55,460 bases of DNA from Planctomycetota bacterium (GTDB lineage Bacteria > Planctomycetota > UBA1135 > UBA2386): NCBI GenBank assembly GCA_041164325.1, contig JBEAPQ010000326.1:1-55460 (forward strand), written 5' to 3'. Numbering within the stretch: the stretch's first letter is position 1; every line of letters begins with the position of its first letter. The position numbers were made by a program, and so were the translations under genes. Below are positions 50,919 through 55,460 of the stretch, in pieces. The notes under the pieces were generated by a model. The model made no database searches. It saw nothing but the letters and a program-made list of their open reading frames with translations, and was not told the DNA's origin.

Positions 50919-52196
50919 ATGGGCGATATTTCTCGTGAACCGCTGCCTGGGGGGGCGCGGTCCAAGGGCACGGCTCTCAAAGGGCCTGCCGAGGTCATCC
51001 GACTCGACGACCTGACGGTCGAGGAGCGGGCAGACATGGACGAGACGCGGAGCGGTGACGAAGGTCCTGACGACCCGGCCGCCCGCGCCTTCCCGTCCCC
51101 TCGTCAAGCGCCGGCTGCGCCGATGCGCATCGAGCCGTTCCGTCCGACGCTCGACCGGCTCGAGGAGGTGGACAGGCTCGGAGAGGGCGGGGATCGTCCG
51201 GCGGATACGCCGCTCGATGCAGCGGAGTCGGTCGCCGAGGCGGCGCCGGCCGCGGCCGCCGCCGCAGCCGAGGAGCAGCCCTCCGCCGAGGTGCCGGGCG
51301 AAGATGCGGTCGACGAGGGTGTGCTGTCCGACATGGCGGCGCTCGCAGTGGTCGCAGACGATCCTGGAGCTCCGGAAGCGGACTTCTCGGAGGAGTCCGG
51401 CGCGATGGCTGCCGAGTCAGCGGCCGCCGGTGATCATCCGACGATCGCGCAAGAGTTCGCCGTGGACGAAGAGGAGACCCTGGTCTCCGGGCTCGGGTCC
51501 GACGAGGCCGAGGTCGCCGTCGACGGTGCCGGGGCGGATGGCGACGCGGTCGAGATGTGCGCCGTGCCGACGGTCGATGAGCTCGTCGAAGATGGTGAGG
51601 CACCAGCCGCCCAGGCCGAACCGCTCCGTGCCTCGTCCCTGCCCGAGGACGGTGACGAGGCCCCGCCGCTGACCGACCCCGAAGAGGTCGGTCGGGTGCT
51701 GCTGGCCGTGCTCCTGAGCGCGCGCGAACCGCTGTCCCTCGTCCGGATGGCCGAGGTCTGCAACTCGACGCAGAAGGTCGTCGAGGCCGGTCTCCGCGTG
51801 CTGGACGCCGAGCTGCGCCAGCGCGGTCTCCCGCTCGAGATCGTGCAGATGGGGGACGGCGTCCGCGTTTCGACGTCGCCGGCCGTCTACCCGTACCTGA
51901 CGCGGCTCAAGAAGCTCAAGCCCGCCGAGAAGCTCTCGCCGGCTGCTCTCGAGACGCTGGCCGTCATCGCCTACCGCCAGCCGGTCATCCGGCTCGAGGT
52001 CGAGGCGATCCGCGGTGTGAAGGTCGGCCCGATGCTGCAGAGCCTGCTCCAGCACAAGCTGATCCGCGTCGTCGGCCGCGCCGACGTGCCCGGCAAGCCG
52101 CTCCAGTACGGCACGACCCAGCACTTCCTCGAACGGTTCGGTCTGCGGTCTCTCAAGGACCTCCCGAGCATCCAGGAGTTCCGCGCGCTCGGCTGA
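50919..52196 (+). CDS. scpB: Segregation and condensation protein B (ScpB) with a ~240-aa acidic N-terminal extension
   Basis: The C-terminal ~180 aa read LLAVLLSAREPLSL...LSPAALETLAVIAYRQPVIRLEVEAIRGV...GRADVPGKPLQYGTTQHFLERFGL. The N-terminal part is Asp/Glu/Ala-rich low complexity. An internal ATG near 51555 could be the true start. Confidence 0.8.
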   Translation: MGDISREPLPGGARSKGTALKGPAEVIRLDDLTVEERADMDETRSGDEGPDDPAARAFPSPRQAPAAPMRIEPFRPTLDRLEEVDRLGEGGDRPADTPLDAAESVAEAAPAAAAAAAEEQPSAEVPGEDAVDEGVLSDMAALAVVADDPGAPEADFSEESGAMAAESAAAGDHPTIAQEFAVDEEETLVSGLGSDEAEVAVDGAGADGDAVEMCAVPTVDELVEDGEAPAAQAEPLRASSLPEDGDEAPPLTDPEEVGRVLLAVLLSAREPLSLVRMAEVCNSTQKVVEAGLRVLDAELRQRGLPLEIVQMGDGVRVSTSPAVYPYLTRLKKLKPAEKLSPAALETLAVIAYRQPVIRLEVEAIRGVKVGPMLQSLLQHKLIRVVGRADVPGKPLQYGTTQHFLERFGLRSLKDLPSIQEFRALG

Positions 52197-52282
52197 GGTC
52201 GCGCCCTCGGGCTCCGTGCGACGGTCTCCGTCCGCCTGCAGGTCGTCGGGTCGACTGCGCGTAGAAAGCTGTGATCTCGCGC

Positions 52283-52311
52283 TTGACGCGCGAGGTCCGA
52301 ATCGGGATCAT
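52283..52311 (+). promoter_or_regulatory. Candidate sigma70-type promoter for tRNA-Glu
   Basis: TTGACG (52283-52288), a 17-nt spacer, then GATCAT (52306-52311), ending ~18 nt upstream of the tRNA 5' end. This is pattern match only. Confidence 0.45.
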
Positions 52312-52329
52312 CCCCGGCCCGCGCACGGC

Positions 52330-52407
52330 GTCCCGTTCGTCTAGCCCGGCCTAGGACACCAGGTTTTCATCCTGGTAACAGGGGTTCGAATCCCCTACGG
52401 GATACCA
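52330..52407 (+). tRNA. tRNA-Glu (anticodon TTC), CCA encoded
   Basis: GTCCCGTTCGTCTAGCCCGGCCTAGGACACCAGGTTTTCATCCTGGTAACAGGGGTTCGAATCCCCTACGGGATACCA folds as a cloverleaf. The anticodon stem is CCAGG/CCTGG with loop TTTTCAT, the T arm is AGGGG-TTCGAAT-CCCCT, and the acceptor is GTCCCGT/ACGGGAT. It is close to the bacterial tRNA-Glu consensus. Confidence 0.93.
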
Positions 52408-52430
52408 GTCTTCCGCGAGGATGACCCGGA

Positions 52431-52468
52431 ACCCGGCTTCGCAACGCGAAGTCGGGTTTCTTCATTTC
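52431..52468 (+). terminator. Rho-independent terminator after tRNA-Glu
   Basis: A 12-bp stem ACCCGGCTTCGC / GCGAAGTCGGGT (one G-T pair) with loop AAC is followed by the T-rich tract TTCTTCATTTC. Confidence 0.7.
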
Positions 52469-52685
52469 TGCCCCCGCGGACGAGCCTCCGCGCGGGCGCG
52501 CGTGGCGGTCCGGCAGGGCTCGGGGCGGCCGAGCCGACGGGAGGAAGCGGCGGCTTCGCATCCCAGGTCCCGCGCGCCGTTTGCCGCAGCCCGGATGGGT
52601 CCTAGGATCCGGCTCGATCCGCCGTCGCAATTCGCCCGAGCGGGCCTCGTTGCGACGCAGTTCCAAGAGCCGGACACCGCGAGCT

Positions 52686-53732
52686 TTGAGCCATCCAACC
52701 CACGTCGTCCTCTTCCTGCTCGCCGCCAGCCTGGCCGGGTGCGGTTCCTCCGAGCGCGAGGAGTCGCTCGATCCCCCCGAGACGATCGAGGCTCCCGGAC
52801 TCCGCATCGGCGCGTCGAGCGCCCAGCGGTTCGGGCGCATGGGGTCCAGCAGCTCAGCGGAGTCCCGGGCGCCGGACCCGCAGCAGGCCTTCTCGTTCGC
52901 GCTTCCCGCGGGTTGGAAGACCCTGCCTTCCCAGCAGTTCCGGGACGTCAACCTGGAGGCGCCGGGTGGGGTCAACGCCTGGGTCACGCTGATGGGGCCA
53001 GGGGCCGGTGGGGCCCTCGGCAACCTGAACCGCTGGCGGTCGCAGCTCGGTCTTCCGCCGGCGGCCGAGGCCGACATCGCTGCGCTGCCGACCGAGACGC
53101 TTCTCGGCCAGAGCGCGCAGCGCATCGACCTGTCGTCGCCGGACGGCGCGCAGCGTCTCGTGGCCGTCATGCTCTTCGAGACGGATCGCTCGGTCTTCGT
53201 GCGGATCAGCGGGACACCGGACGCTGTCCAGGAACAGCTGCCAGGGTTTGCGACGTTCCTCGCTTCGCTCGCGGACCGTCGGGGCAGTGAGCCGAAGGCC
53301 GCACCGGAGGGCTCGGCCGATCCGGGCGGTGCCGGGGACTTCCGCTGGTCGACGCCATCCGGCTGGTCGCCCGTCGGGGGTTCGCCGTTCAAGCTCTACG
53401 AATACGCGGTCGCGGATGCCAAGTGCTGGGTCTCGGAGCTGGCGGGAGACGGCGGCGGCTTGCTGGCCAACGTGGTCCGCTGGTGCGGACAGGTCGGCAT
53501 CGAGCCGCTCGCCGAGTCGGAGATCAACGCGCTGCCCCGCATGCAGGTCCTGGGCCAGGAGTCGGTCTACGTCCGGTTGCTCCAGGACGGCGATGCGCCG
53601 GGCATGCTGGGCGTGATCGTTGCGCTCGGTGATCGCACGCTGTTCGTCAAGATGACCGGTCCGTCCCGCCTGCTCGTCGAGCAGGGCCCCGGCTTCGAGT
53701 CCTTCTGCCGCTCCTTCTCGAGGAAGGGGTGA
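52686..53732 (+). CDS. Lipoprotein built from two tandem copies of a ~125-aa domain (function unknown)
   Basis: The proposed TTG start at 52686 gives MSHPTHVVLFLLAASLAGCGSS (lipobox). The two halves align residue by residue, as described in the findings. The track start at 52581 is the alternative. Confidence 0.75.
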   Translation: MSHPTHVVLFLLAASLAGCGSSEREESLDPPETIEAPGLRIGASSAQRFGRMGSSSSAESRAPDPQQAFSFALPAGWKTLPSQQFRDVNLEAPGGVNAWVTLMGPGAGGALGNLNRWRSQLGLPPAAEADIAALPTETLLGQSAQRIDLSSPDGAQRLVAVMLFETDRSVFVRISGTPDAVQEQLPGFATFLASLADRRGSEPKAAPEGSADPGGAGDFRWSTPSGWSPVGGSPFKLYEYAVADAKCWVSELAGDGGGLLANVVRWCGQVGIEPLAESEINALPRMQVLGQESVYVRLLQDGDAPGMLGVIVALGDRTLFVKMTGPSRLLVEQGPGFESFCRSFSRKG

Positions 53733-53736
53733 TCCG

Positions 53737-54933
53737 ATGCCGTCATCCTCGTCGCGCGTGATGGACTTCCTGTCCGGCTTCCGGCTCAGCGTCCTGATCC
53801 TGTTCTTCATGTTCCTGATCACCTGGCTCGGCACGCTGTCGCAGGTCGAGATCGGGCTGTTCCAGTCACAGAAGAAGTACTTCGAGTCTTGGGTCGTCGC
53901 GCAGCCGGTGTTCGGTCCGCTGCACGTCCCGCTGCCTGGCGGAGCGCTGCTGATGGCGGCACTCGCCGTGAACCTGGTGCTCGGGGGGATCGTCCGGCTC
54001 CGGCGCACGTGGTCCCGCGCGGGCATCCTGATCACGCACCTGGGGATCGCTCTCCTCCTCGTGGCCGGTGTCGTCAAGTTCGCCGCGTCGAGCGAGGGCT
54101 ACATGCGGCTCTACGAGGGCGAGAAGAGCGCCGAGTACGTCAGCTACCACGAGTGGGAGGTGACGATCCACGAGGAGATCGGCGACGGCGAGTTCCGTCA
54201 GTGGGTCGTGCCCGAGTCCATGTTCGTCGGCGCCTCGGGCGCTGCGACCGTGACCGTTCGCGAAGCGTCGCTGCCGTTCGAACTGTCGCTCTTCGGCTTC
54301 GTCAGCAACGCGGACGTCCTGCAGAAGGGGCCGATGTTCGAGACCAGTCAGCCGGTGATCGATGGCTACTTCGTCCAGCCGCGCCAGGCGGACAAGGAAG
54401 CCGAGTACGACGTCGCGGCCTGCTACGTGACGGCGACCGCACCCGGCGCCGAGGTCGCTCCGCGCGACGGCATCCTGTGGGGCGCCGCGCGCTACCCGCT
54501 CGCGATCACGGTCGGCGACCGCGAGTTCGGCGTGTCGCTGCGGAAGCGTCGCTTCCCCGTGCCTTTCGAGATCGAGCTGACCCGGTTCACGCACGAGTAC
54601 CACCCGGGCACGACGATGCCGAGGGTCTTCAAGAGTGACGTCGTCGTCCGCGCCGAGGGATCGCAGCCGCAGACGATGCTGATCGAGATGAACGAGCCGC
54701 TCCGCCGCGAAGGCGTGATCGCGTTCCAGTCGAGCTGGGGTCCGCAGGGCGCGGGTCCCGGAGAGCGGCTGTTCTCGGTGTTCACGGTCGTCGAGAACCC
54801 GTCCGACCAGTGGCCGCTCTGGTCGTGCGTCGTGATCGGGATCGGCCTCGTCCTCCACTTCGGGATGATGCTGATGCGCTACATCAGCTCGGAGATGCGC
54901 AGCAGCGCTGGCTTGCAGGGGGCCGCACGATGA
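53737..54933 (+). CDS. resB: Cytochrome c biogenesis protein ResB/Ccs1 (system II)
   Basis: 398 aa with N-terminus FLSGFRLSVLILFFMFLITWLGTL, the motif IEMNEPLRREGVIAFQSSWGP typical of ResB, and a C-terminal TM helix. It lies directly upstream of and overlaps ccsA (ATGA). Confidence 0.8.
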   Translation: MPSSSSRVMDFLSGFRLSVLILFFMFLITWLGTLSQVEIGLFQSQKKYFESWVVAQPVFGPLHVPLPGGALLMAALAVNLVLGGIVRLRRTWSRAGILITHLGIALLLVAGVVKFAASSEGYMRLYEGEKSAEYVSYHEWEVTIHEEIGDGEFRQWVVPESMFVGASGAATVTVREASLPFELSLFGFVSNADVLQKGPMFETSQPVIDGYFVQPRQADKEAEYDVAACYVTATAPGAEVAPRDGILWGAARYPLAITVGDREFGVSLRKRRFPVPFEIELTRFTHEYHPGTTMPRVFKSDVVVRAEGSQPQTMLIEMNEPLRREGVIAFQSSWGPQGAGPGERLFSVFTVVENPSDQWPLWSCVVIGIGLVLHFGMMLMRYISSEMRSSAGLQGAAR

Positions 54934-55460
54934 AGAGTCACGCTTCGAACGCAGGTCTCCCGCGGAGCCGCGTCCTCTCCCGCCTCGGCCGCGCGTGTGC
55001 GGTGTTCTTGGCTCTGCTCGCCGGGCTGCCGGCCCAGGGTGGACACAACCACGCCCCGGGCGAGTTCGTCGACCACGTCCACGGCGCGCCGCGCACGGAG
55101 CCCTACGACCCCGCGCTCGTCCACGCGTTCCGGACCCTGCCGGTCCAGGACGGCGGGCGGATCAAGCCGTTCGAGAGCCTCGCGCAGGTCACCCTGCTCC
55201 GGCTGAACGAGAAGCGCTCGGTGTCGATCCCGGACGAGCCGATGTACGGCGCGCTGGCCGGCGATCGTCTGTCGGCGATGGAGTGGGCGCTGGACGTGCT
55301 GCTCTACCCCGACCAGGCGTCCGACTACCCGGTCTTCGTGGTCACCGACAGCGAGGCTCTCCGCATCATCGGTCTGTCCGACGTCGCGAAGCGCAAGCGC
55401 GACCGCTACTCGTGGAACGAACTCGCCCCCGGCATCGACCGGCTGCGTCCGTACTACGAC
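54930..55460 (+). CDS. ccsA: Cytochrome c biogenesis protein CcsA/ResC, long form, 5' part only (continues beyond the window)
   Basis: The ATG at 54930 overlaps the resB stop. A signal/TM segment CAVFLALLAGLPAQG is followed by PVQDGGRIKPFESLAQVTLLRL, which resembles the N-terminal region of long CcsA proteins. The Trp-rich WWD domain would lie beyond the window, so the call rests on context and this motif. Confidence 0.6.
   Translation, partial: MKSHASNAGLPRSRVLSRLGRACAVFLALLAGLPAQGGHNHAPGEFVDHVHGAPRTEPYDPALVHAFRTLPVQDGGRIKPFESLAQVTLLRLNEKRSVSIPDEPMYGALAGDRLSAMEWALDVLLYPDQASDYPVFVVTDSEALRIIGLSDVAKRKRDRYSWNELAPGIDRLRPYYD

Noticed and set aside
52408-52685. Possible integration hotspot or genomic island next to tRNA-Glu
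   Set aside because: There is no integrase, no direct repeat of the tRNA 3' end and no compositional shift. The downstream genes are housekeeping cytochrome c biogenesis genes.

Overview
This is a GC-rich, densely coding chromosomal segment from a diderm bacterium; third codon positions are almost all G/C. I can support 43 protein-coding genes, one tRNA-Glu, one terminator and three tentative promoters. I saw no rRNA, CRISPR array, transposase or integrase.

**1-11.5 kb (all minus strand):** lolC/E-lolD-lolC/E, lysS, a small Rieske protein, trmB and a complete isc operon (iscR-iscS-iscU-iscA-hscB-hscA-fdx). A ygfZ-like gene is divergent from iscR.

**12.5-32.2 kb:** a bicupin-like protein, a SurA-like PPIase, an orphan histidine kinase and a single-ring ClpA/C-D2-type AAA+ protein. 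A Ser/Thr kinase-YkgJ-HEAT/vWA operon runs divergently from the AAA+ gene. Then come glnS, topB, a double-DUF3592 membrane protein, an FGase-like gene overlapping recQ, radC and rsmE.

**32.2-50.9 kb (the stand-out):** eleven plus-strand genes, most joined by overlapping or nearly abutting stop and start codons.
- an FHA-TM-jelly-roll protein
- a PilM-PilN (GspL-like) fusion
- a PilO/GspM-like protein
- an 886-aa TPR protein
- a full pseudopilin set: GspG, a LamG-bearing pseudopilin, a 1758-aa GspK-like giant, a GspJ-like and a GspI-like protein
- a secreted zinc-ribbon protein and a lipoprotein PPIase

This block contains no secretion ATPase, platform protein, secretin or prepilin peptidase.

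**50.9-55.5 kb:** scpB with a long acidic N-terminal extension, tRNA-Glu, a lipoprotein made of two tandem copies of one domain, resB and the 5' part of ccsA.

All calls come from reading the translations. No database search or computation was run. Many very long ORFs in the track are antisense or alternate-frame shadows typical of high-GC DNA, and I rejected them.
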